Shown here: positions 45,646 through 54,764 of the stretch, in pieces
Numbering within the stretch: position 1 is the stretch's first letter
Layout of the letters: each line of letters opens with the position of its first letter
Source of the DNA: a virus
Virus record (IMG/VR): IMGVR_UViG_3300035670_000172
Span: 4,403 to 68,402 of that record
Direction: 5' to 3' (one strand)
Length of the DNA: 64,000 bases
Position numbers and translations under genes: made by a program
The notes under the pieces: generated by a model
Told to the model about the DNA's origin: nothing
The model's input: only the letters and a program-made list of their open reading frames with translations
Database searches by the model: none

Positions 45646-47574
45646 ATGTCAGTTTTAACATCAGATTTTATTAATAGCTATAGTTCAAAAACACCACCTT
45701 GGGGTTTTGGAGGTCTTGGCGAAGTTGTTTATTTAAGAACATATAGTAGAAAAATTGATGGAACTGATAAATCAGAAACTTGGGTTGAAACTATTAAAAG
45801 AATTATTGATGGAGCAGTTGAAATTGGAGTTCCATTTAGTCAAGCAGAAGCGGAATCTTTGTTTGACCACATGTTTAATCTCAGATGCTCAGTCTCAGGC
45901 AGAGCCCTTTGGCAGCTTGGTACGCCTCTTGTAAAGAAGTTTTCAGGAACTTCTCTTAACAATTGTTTTTTTACAAACATTGAGAAAATTGAAGACTTTG
46001 AGCTTTTGTTTGATTATCTAATGCTTGGTGGTGGAGTTGGCTTCTCTGTTGAGCGTTCAAAGATTCATGATCTACCAAAAGTCAAAAAAGTAGATCACAT
46101 TACCGCTGAAAAAACAAACGATGCTGATTTCATCGTTCCTGATTCAAGACAGGGTTGGAGAGAATTGCTTCATAAAGTGCTTGAGTCTTACTTTGTAACT
46201 GGTAAATCTTTTACATACTCAACTTTGTTGATTCGTGAGTTTGGAACACCACTTAAGACATTTGGTGGTACAGCTTCTGGATCTGGCGCACTCGTAGATG
46301 GCATTGCAGACATATCTAAAGTTTTAGATCAAAGAGTTGGGAAGAAACTTCGTTCAATTGATGTTCTTGATATTTGCAACATTATTGGTAGAATTGTTGT
46401 ATCTGGTTCATCACGCAGATCTGCGCAAATTGCAATCGGAGATCCTGACGACATGTTGTTTATCAGAGCCAAGAATTGGGGTAGTGGTAATATTCCCGCT
46501 TGGCGAGCAAACTCAAACAACTCTATCTATGCCGACTCTTACGATGAGATTGTCTCGGAATTCTGGAAGGGATATGACGGAACTGGCGAGCCATACGGTT
46601 TGTTAAACAGAAAACTTGCCAGAACACACGGAAGGCTCGGTGAGAAATCCCCAGATCCAACCATTGAAGGATTCAATCCTTGCGCAGAGATTGCGCTCGC
46701 TGATGGTGAATCATGTAACCTTGCAACAATTTTTTTACCAAACATTGAGTCACTAGCACAACTATTAGAAATTTCAAGACTTCTTTATATGGTGCAAAAA
46801 CAAATTACAAGGCTTTCATATCCATACGAGAAGACAAATACTATTGTTCACAAGAATGGTCGCCTTGGTCAATCTGTGACTGGGATCTTGCAGTGCTCAG
46901 ATGTGCAAATTGGTTGGTTAAAAACGGCTTACGAATATTTGAAAGAATACGATAAGAGCTACAGTGAAGAGCATGGCTGGAACCCATCGGTAAGGCTTAC
47001 AACTGTTCAACCTTCTGGGACACTATCTCTGCTCCCAGGAGTAACACCTGGAATTCACCCAGCTTTTGCTCAGTACTATATTCGCAGAGTTCGCTTTAGC
47101 TCAGTTGACCCACTTGTTGACGCATGCAGAAAGCGTGGTTATAAAGTCACTTGGGATATGGGGTTGGATGGCAGAGAGGATCACAGCAGATATGTCGTTG
47201 AGTTCCCATGTAAATCCCCAGAGGGTGCTGTGTTGGCAGCAAACATGACTGCTATTGAACAGCTTGAGTGGGTTAAGAAAATGCAAACTGAATGGGCAGA
47301 CAATGCTGTGTCCGTAACAGTGTATTATCGCAAAGAAGAGCTCCCTGCAATTCAGGAATGGCTGGCAAAGAATTATGACAAGAGCGTTAAGTCTGTATCA
47401 TTTCTTCTACATGTAGACCACAACTTTCCTTTGCCCCCTTACGAGGAAATTACAAAAGATGAATATGACAAAACACTGTCAAAACTCAACCTTTCTGTAC
47501 CTCTGCAGCAAATTTCAACCGACTTGTCTATTGAAATGGATGATTGCGCTACTGGCGCATGCCCAGTCCGCTAA
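45646..47574 (+). CDS. nrdJ: class II (adenosylcobalamin) ribonucleotide reductase
   Basis: YLRTYSR, GRALW, LNNC, GGGVGFS, NPCAEI, SCNL, TTVQPSGT, C-terminal CATGACP. Confidence 0.92.
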   Translation: MSVLTSDFINSYSSKTPPWGFGGLGEVVYLRTYSRKIDGTDKSETWVETIKRIIDGAVEIGVPFSQAEAESLFDHMFNLRCSVSGRALWQLGTPLVKKFSGTSLNNCFFTNIEKIEDFELLFDYLMLGGGVGFSVERSKIHDLPKVKKVDHITAEKTNDADFIVPDSRQGWRELLHKVLESYFVTGKSFTYSTLLIREFGTPLKTFGGTASGSGALVDGIADISKVLDQRVGKKLRSIDVLDICNIIGRIVVSGSSRRSAQIAIGDPDDMLFIRAKNWGSGNIPAWRANSNNSIYADSYDEIVSEFWKGYDGTGEPYGLLNRKLARTHGRLGEKSPDPTIEGFNPCAEIALADGESCNLATIFLPNIESLAQLLEISRLLYMVQKQITRLSYPYEKTNTIVHKNGRLGQSVTGILQCSDVQIGWLKTAYEYLKEYDKSYSEEHGWNPSVRLTTVQPSGTLSLLPGVTPGIHPAFAQYYIRRVRFSSVDPLVDACRKRGYKVTWDMGLDGREDHSRYVVEFPCKSPEGAVLAANMTAIEQLEWVKKMQTEWADNAVSVTVYYRKEELPAIQEWLAKNYDKSVKSVSFLLHVDHNFPLPPYEEITKDEYDKTLSKLNLSVPLQQISTDLSIEMDDCATGACPVR

Positions 47575-47627
47575 TATCTGAACCATCTGTGTTAGTTTTA
47601 TAACAAAACTAGTGTATAATTGAACAC

Positions 47628-47975
47628 ATGTCGTCAAATATTGTTAAGGATAAAAACCTTTGGGTCCCTGAGCGTGCTTATGGTGTATGTGTTTATTTTA
47701 CTTCAAAAGATGAAGCTTTGTTAGATAGCGATGGCGGTGTTTTGTGCGCTGAAGGTTATATGCACGATTTAGATATTGAAAAAAGAGTTCTTGAAGCTGG
47801 TCGCTATTGGTCTGGAGATGCAGACGGTATTGTTAAATGGATAGCTGGAGCCAGAAAGGTTTCATCGTCAGAAAGAGATGATCAACAAGAAAGGTTGAAT
47901 GATGGATTAGTTGCTGATCCATTTGAAGACATGTATGACGATCACTTTTCAAATAGGAGTAACAATGGAAAATAA
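47628..47975 (+). CDS. hypothetical protein
   Basis: ORF upstream of portal. Confidence 0.75.
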   Translation: MSSNIVKDKNLWVPERAYGVCVYFTSKDEALLDSDGGVLCAEGYMHDLDIEKRVLEAGRYWSGDADGIVKWIAGARKVSSSERDDQQERLNDGLVADPFEDMYDDHFSNRSNNGK

Positions 47976-49626
47976 AACAGAATTGGTTGAGGAAAGAATT
48001 CTTCTAGATGAAGAGATAGATGATATATCGTACATGGGGTTTACAACCAAAGTTGAGGCAACGGATCCTTTTAACCTGGTAAAGATAGATAGCCTTTCTC
48101 CAAAAATGAAAAGAAAGGCAATGCGCCTTCAGAAAAAACATGAAGGTGAAGATGGAACCGCATCTAAGTATGTTGACCCAGAAGTTGTAAGTGGTTATTC
48201 GCTTTATGACATTGTAAACCCACCATACGATCTTGACACCTTGGCTGGTCTTTATGATCAAAGCGCAATTCATTACGCAGCAATTAATGCAAGAGTTATG
48301 AACACCGTTGGTCTTGGCTATGAGTTCACTGAAACGCTAAAAGCAAAAAGAAGGATTGAAAAATCTCAGGGTAGTGAAGATAAATTAATTAGGCTGCGTC
48401 AGCAGTATCAAGATTTGAAAGAAGGTCTTGATGAAACATTTGAAAATTTAAATATTGAAGAAACACTTATTGAAACATTAGTTCGTGTTTGGCAAGATGT
48501 TTTAACAGTAGGTAATGGGTATCTAGAGGTTGGTAGAAACAATTCTGGAAAAATTGGTTACATTGGTCATGTACCAGCAACACTTGTTCGTGTAAGAAGG
48601 AAGCGAGATGGTTATGTTCAGATTGCAAAAACAAATAAAATTCAAGCTGTGTTCTTTAGGCAGTTTCAAGACACAGAAACTCAGGATCCAATTAATAGCG
48701 ATCCAAAACCAAATGAACTAATTCATTTCAAAATCTATTCACCAAATAACACATACTATGGAATCCCATCAGCTGTGTCAGCAGCTGCTGCAATTGTTGG
48801 TGATAAATTTGCAAAAGAATATAATATTGATTATTTTGAAAATAAAGCAATTCCTCGTTATGCAATTATTCTTAAAGGTGCAAAGCTTAGTAATAAATCA
48901 AAACAAGAACTTATTAATTATTTTAGAAACGAAGTAAAAGGAAGGAATCACGGCACGCTCGTTATTCCAATTCCAGCGAGTCTTGGAACTGATACCGACA
49001 TTAAGTTTGAAAAGCTTGAGGCTGGAATTCAGGATTCATCGTTTGATAAGTACAGAAAATCAAACAGAGATGAAATTCTTGTTGCCAATAGAGTTCCTGC
49101 TCCAAAAGTTGGTGTGTACGATAATGCCAACTTAGCTGTCTCACGAGACGCAGACAAATCATTTAAGATGCAAGTGATTGGACCAGATCAGGCTGTTATA
49201 GAAAAAAAATTAAACAGGATTGTTTCTGAGTTTACTGATCTAATGCAAATCAAACTTAAGAAAATTGACTTGGTTGATGAGGACATTCAATCAAGAATCA
49301 ACGATAGATATCTTCGTACAGAAGTTCTTACGCCAAACGAAGTTAGAGGTCAAATTGGACTTCCAGAAAGGTTTGATGGAGATGAAGTTTTGCCCTTCCC
49401 AACAAATGTTAAGAAAGAACAGAATGCAGCTGGTAAGCCTGGTCCAGGTGCTCCAGTTGGTAATTCTAATAACGCAGCATTTGAGCCGCCAAAATCACCA
49501 ACTGGTGATGGAGCAACTAGTGATCCAGTGGCAGATGGTGCTCAAGCCGAAAGAGGCGAAAATCAAGATTCTGGAGTGAACAACGATTCAACCAGTAAAT
49601 TTATTCAAGGAGAATACAATGAGTGA
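47965..49626 (+). CDS. portal protein (PBSX-like)
   Basis: GNGYLEVGRN, ELIHFKIYSP..YYGIP, YFENKAIP, LTPNEVR. Confidence 0.9.
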   Translation: MENKTELVEERILLDEEIDDISYMGFTTKVEATDPFNLVKIDSLSPKMKRKAMRLQKKHEGEDGTASKYVDPEVVSGYSLYDIVNPPYDLDTLAGLYDQSAIHYAAINARVMNTVGLGYEFTETLKAKRRIEKSQGSEDKLIRLRQQYQDLKEGLDETFENLNIEETLIETLVRVWQDVLTVGNGYLEVGRNNSGKIGYIGHVPATLVRVRRKRDGYVQIAKTNKIQAVFFRQFQDTETQDPINSDPKPNELIHFKIYSPNNTYYGIPSAVSAAAAIVGDKFAKEYNIDYFENKAIPRYAIILKGAKLSNKSKQELINYFRNEVKGRNHGTLVIPIPASLGTDTDIKFEKLEAGIQDSSFDKYRKSNRDEILVANRVPAPKVGVYDNANLAVSRDADKSFKMQVIGPDQAVIEKKLNRIVSEFTDLMQIKLKKIDLVDEDIQSRINDRYLRTEVLTPNEVRGQIGLPERFDGDEVLPFPTNVKKEQNAAGKPGPGAPVGNSNNAAFEPPKSPTGDGATSDPVADGAQAERGENQDSGVNNDSTSKFIQGEYNE

Positions 49627-49870
49627 AAGTAGTTTGGTATATTCAAATAAAAATTTAGTGACAGCTGATGGTGCTGTAAACATTGGACAGCATACAAGCG
49701 AATTGTATGTTTATAACAAAGGTGCCAGTGATGTTGATATTAAACTGAATGGGCAATATACAATTTTGCTACCAGCAGAATCTACAGAGTATATTGAAAT
49801 TGATGGTGATTATACAACAATTGAGGTGCTTACAGCAGCTTCGGCGGTTGCTGTGTTCGCATTAGGCTGA
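49619..49870 (+). CDS. small putative virion protein
   Basis: beta-rich, between portal and protease. Confidence 0.65.
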   Translation: MSESSLVYSNKNLVTADGAVNIGQHTSELYVYNKGASDVDIKLNGQYTILLPAESTEYIEIDGDYTTIEVLTAASAVAVFALG

Positions 49871-49919
49871 TTTGCAGTATTGAGAAAAACAATATATGCT
49901 AGTAGGTCACGAGGCGTAA

Positions 49920-51758
49920 ATGTCAGATTTTAATATTTCATTCCCAATTGATATGATTAAGAGGGAGCAAAGGATAGTGGTTGGCATTGCTACCGCAGAC
50001 AATGTTGATAAAGCTGGCGATATTGTTGACTTTGAGGCTTCCAAAGAGGCTTTTGCAAACTGGGGTGGGAACATCAGAGAGATGCACGCCCCTGTTGCTG
50101 TAGGCAAGGCTGTAAGTTATGAGCCAATCATTATTGATGGTCCAGACGGTGAAAAATATAATGCTTTTAAAGTAGAAGCTTATATTTCAAAGGGAGCCGA
50201 AAACACATGGCAAAAAATCCTTGACGGAACTCTTCGCTCTTTTTCAATCGGCGGTAAAGTTATTCAAAAGGCAGAGTCCACGGAAAAGATGTTCAGAGGC
50301 AAGCCAGTAAATATTATTAAGAAATATGTGCTTGGAGAGCTTAGTCTCGTAGACAACCCAGCAAACGCTTTGGCTGTTATTGATATTGTAAAAATGGATC
50401 AAGACGGAGCAATGCAGTATGCCCTTGATTGCGATCTTGACTGTCAGCTCGCTAAGGCAAAGCAACCATTGAAAGATCCAAAAGGTGGGCTTACCGCTGC
50501 GGGTAGAAGGCATTTTAAGCAAACAGAGGGCGCTAATCTAAAGCCAGGTGTTAGGGGTGCCGCAAATACTCCAGAAAAATTGCGCCGCAAAGGTTCTTTC
50601 TTAACAAGATTTTTTACCAATCCCTCTGGTCCTATGAAGAAACCAAATGGTGAACCAACAAGGCTTGCACTTTCCGCTGCTGCTTGGGGCGAGCCAATCC
50701 CTCAAGATAGAGCTGATGCCGCAAGGCTCGCTGCGAAAGGTCGCAGGATGCTTGAGCGATATGCTAATTCAAAAAAGAAAGGTTTCTTTGATGATGATTT
50801 TAATGAAGATCTATTAAATACGGTTTTAAAATTGATGGATGATAAAAATTGCGAGTGCGGTTGCAATACTTGCGAAGATGTTGAAAAACAAACATCTGTA
50901 ACCACAGAAAACGCTGAGTCTAAATATCCATCTAGAAATGGGATTAAGTCCCCAACAGTTCCGCCATTCCCCTCTGGTTCGCCAAAGTTTAAGCCAAAAA
51001 AAGATGGTTCATGCGGGGATGGCTATCACCAAGAAGGTGAAAAAAAAGGCAAGGATGGAAATATGGTACCAAACTGTGTTCCAAATAATCCTGCTAAAAA
51101 AGTAACAAAAAGCAATATCTCTGAACAAGATATGCAATATTTTGATACAATTAAGGAGATGATTAATAAAATGGAAACAGATATTGATAATGGCGTTGGT
51201 TCAGAAGTAAATAATACTAATGATTCCGAATTGCAATTAAATGATACTTATGATAAGATCTCTGACATGAATGAACAAGAAATTAGTAAGCTTAGTCTAT
51301 TGAAAAAGTTTATTGGATGGCTTGTTCCCGATGTCGCAGAAGAAATAACTTCAACTTCCGTTGAAGTAAGTGGAGACACACAGGAGGAAGAAATGGACAT
51401 TAATGTTCTTAAAGATGCTCTGAGTGCTGTTGTTGATGAAAAACTGGCTAGTTTTGCTACTTCAATCAAGGAAGAAGTTGAAGCCTCTGTTCAGGAAAAA
51501 ATTGAAGCAGTCGCAAAGGGTTTTGAAGTTCAGGGTGCTGAACTTCAGCAGAAGCTGGAAACAGCAGAGTTGGCTCTCGCTGAGCAAACAGAAAAGGTTG
51601 AGGCATTTGCCGCAGCTGGCGCTGTAAAGAAGAGCGTTGACCCAGAAGATGATGAAGAAACAGCAGAAGAGGCAATTGCCAAGTCTGCACCTACTTCATT
51701 CTGGAGAAATACATATCTGCCGCAGGAGTTAATTAACTCCCTAGGTTACAGGTCATAA
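49920..51758 (+). CDS. prohead protease with inserted domain and C-terminal scaffold
   Basis: IREMH, FSIGG, ELSLVDNPAN; acidic coiled-coil C-terminus. Confidence 0.85.
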   Translation: MSDFNISFPIDMIKREQRIVVGIATADNVDKAGDIVDFEASKEAFANWGGNIREMHAPVAVGKAVSYEPIIIDGPDGEKYNAFKVEAYISKGAENTWQKILDGTLRSFSIGGKVIQKAESTEKMFRGKPVNIIKKYVLGELSLVDNPANALAVIDIVKMDQDGAMQYALDCDLDCQLAKAKQPLKDPKGGLTAAGRRHFKQTEGANLKPGVRGAANTPEKLRRKGSFLTRFFTNPSGPMKKPNGEPTRLALSAAAWGEPIPQDRADAARLAAKGRRMLERYANSKKKGFFDDDFNEDLLNTVLKLMDDKNCECGCNTCEDVEKQTSVTTENAESKYPSRNGIKSPTVPPFPSGSPKFKPKKDGSCGDGYHQEGEKKGKDGNMVPNCVPNNPAKKVTKSNISEQDMQYFDTIKEMINKMETDIDNGVGSEVNNTNDSELQLNDTYDKISDMNEQEISKLSLLKKFIGWLVPDVAEEITSTSVEVSGDTQEEEMDINVLKDALSAVVDEKLASFATSIKEEVEASVQEKIEAVAKGFEVQGAELQQKLETAELALAEQTEKVEAFAAAGAVKKSVDPEDDEETAEEAIAKSAPTSFWRNTYLPQELINSLGYRS

Positions 51759-51778
51759 GGTAAGGAGGAATAACTACT

Positions 51779-52825
51779 ATGGCATCACAAGAAGAAATTT
51801 TAGCAAAAGCTAACGAAGTCACCACAGCGGTGGTTTCAAACAGCAGCCCAGTCAGCGGTGGTGGTGGTCTTCTCTACCCAGAGCAAGCCAACCGCTTCCT
51901 TGACTTCGTTGTTGATCAATCAGTTTTGATGAAGAACGCACGAGTAATTCGTATGCGTACTCCACAGATGGACATTGATAAGGTATCTGTTGGTACCCGC
52001 TTGCTTGCAAAGGCAACAGAAGCAACAGATGATGGCACAAACGCAGCTGTCACATTCAGCAAGGTATCGCTTTCAACAGTAAAGCTCCGTCTTGACTGGA
52101 ACATTTCAACAGAATCGTTGGAAGACAACATTGAGGGAGCTTCACTGGAAGACCATATCGCACAGATCATGGCTCGCCAGACAGCAAACGACCTTGATGA
52201 CTTGTTTATCAACGGTAACACATCGTCAAACAACGCCCTTCTTAAGGCTCTTGACGGCTTTACCAAGCTTGCAAAGGCATCTGGAACAACTGTAGACTTT
52301 GGCGGAAACAATGTTTCTCGTTCGGTCTATGACAAGATTCTACGCAACATGCCAACCAAGTACTTGCAGCGCCGTAATGAACTGAGGTTCTTCTCGGGTC
52401 CAGGTGTTGTACAAGACTCAATTTATAGCTTGGGAAATCCAAACTCGGCAACTGAGGCAACAGCAGGCGCACCTGCTCCAATGTCAACAGCTGGTGAAAT
52501 GGCATTCTTGCAAGGTGCAATGAGAGCTAATGGTGGTCCAGGTGCAACTGGTCTTTCGCCATTCGGTATTCCATTGATTGAAGTACCTTTGATGCCAGAA
52601 ACCCTTGCGGGTGACTACTCTGGAACAGCTGGATCACATGGTCATGTGGAACTCACATTCCCTAACAACCGTGTAATTGGTATTCACCGTGACATCACAG
52701 TGTATCGCCAGTTCAAGCCAAAGACTGACACAATTGAGTACACGCAGTACATGAGAGTTGCAAGTAACATTGAAAATGCTGAGTCGTATGTAATCGGCAA
52801 GAATGTTAAGTTGCGTTCACTCTAA
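51779..52825 (+). CDS. major capsid protein (HK97 fold)
   Basis: GGLLYPEQANRFLD, ISTESLEDNIEG, DLDDLFINGN; position after protease; strong RBS. Confidence 0.9.
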   Translation: MASQEEILAKANEVTTAVVSNSSPVSGGGGLLYPEQANRFLDFVVDQSVLMKNARVIRMRTPQMDIDKVSVGTRLLAKATEATDDGTNAAVTFSKVSLSTVKLRLDWNISTESLEDNIEGASLEDHIAQIMARQTANDLDDLFINGNTSSNNALLKALDGFTKLAKASGTTVDFGGNNVSRSVYDKILRNMPTKYLQRRNELRFFSGPGVVQDSIYSLGNPNSATEATAGAPAPMSTAGEMAFLQGAMRANGGPGATGLSPFGIPLIEVPLMPETLAGDYSGTAGSHGHVELTFPNNRVIGIHRDITVYRQFKPKTDTIEYTQYMRVASNIENAESYVIGKNVKLRSL

Positions 52826-52849
52826 TCTAAACAATTAAAGTAGATAACG

Positions 52850-52878
52850 GGCGGGGCATTTAACATGCCCCGCCTTTT
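52850..52878 (+). terminator. intrinsic terminator after capsid gene
   Basis: GGCGGGGCAT/ATGCCCCGCC plus TTTT. Confidence 0.85.
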
Positions 52879-52950
52879 ATCTATATTTTTAAAATATTAT
52901 CCATAGGAAGTCAATTGATTTAAATGGGTATTGATGATAGGATTGATGTT

Positions 52951-53331
52951 ATGAATGTAGAAAAAAATAGTGTAACAACAGATGAAATTAACAAGCCAAA
53001 AAAAGCCGCAGCTAAAAAGGCTGTAGCAAAGAAAGTTGCAAAGAAAGTTGAATTTAAAGAAGATGCAATTGACGCTGATGGTGATGGAATGGTTCAGGAT
53101 GGAACTGAACATGAAAGACCAGTTCAAGAAGTTGTTTCTAACAACGAAAATTTACTGATTCTTTTTGAAAGTGGAGCTGGATATGCAACTAGCTCTGGAT
53201 TTCGCTTTTCTCAAACAAACAAAATGGCAGAAGTTCCAGCTGAAGAAGCCAGACTACTGCTGTCACTAGATAATTTTAGATTGCCTAGTGATGAAGAAAA
53301 GGAAATGTATTATAATAATCTGGAGGATTAA
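52951..53331 (+). CDS. putative head-associated protein
   Basis: KKAAAKK linker, DADGDGMVQDGT, C-terminal domain shared with GT 161-1414. Confidence 0.7.
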   Translation: MNVEKNSVTTDEINKPKKAAAKKAVAKKVAKKVEFKEDAIDADGDGMVQDGTEHERPVQEVVSNNENLLILFESGAGYATSSGFRFSQTNKMAEVPAEEARLLLSLDNFRLPSDEEKEMYYNNLED

Positions 53332-53333
53332 TA

Positions 53334-53717
53334 ATGGCAGGCAATCTTACAAACTATCTTGAGAACAAACTTATTGATCACTTCCTTGGAACCACCTCAT
53401 ACACAATGCCAGCCGCTGTGTATATTGGTTTATTTACAGTAGCTCCAACTGACGCTGGTGGTGGAACAGAAGTAACTGGCGGCTCGTATGCTCGCCAGGC
53501 AGCAACTTTCAGCGCAGCATCAAGTGGTGCAACATCAAACGATACAAATATTGACTTTACTGGAATGCCATCTGCTACAACGGTAGCAATTGGTATTTTT
53601 GATGCTTCAACGAGTGGAAACATGTTGTTGTATGGAACACTTACAACAAACAAAACAACAGATGCTGGGGATACTCTAAGAATCGCAACAGGCGATCTTG
53701 ATATCAGTATTGACTAA
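53334..53717 (+). CDS. virion structural protein (tail-fibre-associated)
   Basis: YLENKLIDH, EVTGGSYARQ, FDASTSGNML. Confidence 0.75.
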   Translation: MAGNLTNYLENKLIDHFLGTTSYTMPAAVYIGLFTVAPTDAGGGTEVTGGSYARQAATFSAASSGATSNDTNIDFTGMPSATTVAIGIFDASTSGNMLLYGTLTTNKTTDAGDTLRIATGDLDISID

Positions 53718-53726
53718 GGAGGAGGT

Positions 53727-54071
53727 GTGGTGTTAAGAAGAGAATTTACTGGAGCAGCTCTAAGAACTAACTTAAGCGCTAATATTTCAAACAGTGCTTC
53801 TTCTTTTTCCGTAACCGATGCAGTAGGTTTTCCTTCTGGATCAAATCCTTTCGCTATTGTTATTGACAGAGGCACGAGTGATGAAGAAAAGATGTTGATT
53901 TCATCAAGATCTGGAACGACATTCACAGTTCAAACTCGTGGTTATGATGGAACAATCGCAAAACCACACGGCTCTGGAGCGTTTGTTGACCACATTCTTG
54001 ATGCGGCAACAATCCAGGATATGAATACTACGACATACGATAATGAAATTTTAATGTGGATGGGGGTATAA
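53727..54071 (+). CDS. virion structural protein
   Basis: TRGYDGTIAKPHGSGA motif. Confidence 0.7.
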   Translation: MVLRREFTGAALRTNLSANISNSASSFSVTDAVGFPSGSNPFAIVIDRGTSDEEKMLISSRSGTTFTVQTRGYDGTIAKPHGSGAFVDHILDAATIQDMNTTTYDNEILMWMGV

Positions 54072-54403
54072 TGGCAAATTTAGTTCCAAAATCTTTTTAT
54101 CTAGGAAACTCAACTGGATCAAATGTTTATACTGTTGCTAATACGGCAGGTAATTATTCAATTATTAAATCAATTAATATCTGCAACACTAGTGACACAG
54201 CTAATGCTACAGCTGACATTCATATTCTTGTAGCTGGCGCTTCCCCTGCAAATAATAATAAAATAATTAGCAATGCTAATATTATTAAGAGCGATGTCCT
54301 GTATTACAATACATCAATTGTAGTCCCAGCAAATAGCAATGTTTATGTAGCTTCAAGCAACAGCACTGTAACATTTAATATTAGCGGGGTAGAATATGCC
54401 TAA
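54071..54403 (+). CDS. virion structural protein
   Basis: IKSINICN...FNISGVE. Confidence 0.7.
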   Translation: MANLVPKSFYLGNSTGSNVYTVANTAGNYSIIKSINICNTSDTANATADIHILVAGASPANNNKIISNANIIKSDVLYYNTSIVVPANSNVYVASSNSTVTFNISGVEYA

Positions 54404-54764
54404 TCTTGTAAATAGTGGATCTAGCATTGGTGGTTCTGGTGCATCTGCCATAGTCACATGGGATCCTACAAAAGAAGAGTTTAAGATTGGTGACAAGTTC
54501 TACGGTTTTCAGTATTACCCTGCAAATGCAAAATTGATCGTTCAGGAGATACTTGAGCCAAGTACTATAACTAATGAGTACGATACTGGTGTAAATGTAG
54601 TCTCAATTCCAAAGCATAGGCTTGGGGACACATTCACTCCAGATAATGAATATTATGATCCTTCAAATCATGATATATATAAAAACTGGTTAACCAGCCA
54701 AGCTGAATTAACATTTTCTTGGTATACTGGTTATGAAAAGAATTTAATAGTGGAGGTTGCATAA
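54396..54764 (+). CDS. virion structural protein
   Basis: position in tail module. Confidence 0.6.
   Translation: MPNLVNSGSSIGGSGASAIVTWDPTKEEFKIGDKFYGFQYYPANAKLIVQEILEPSTITNEYDTGVNVVSIPKHRLGDTFTPDNEYYDPSNHDIYKNWLTSQAELTFSWYTGYEKNLIVEVA

Noticed and set aside
45646-47574. Intein or intron in RNR (or in terminase)
   Set aside because: Lengths are normal, the ORFs are uninterrupted, and no intein or homing endonuclease motifs were seen.
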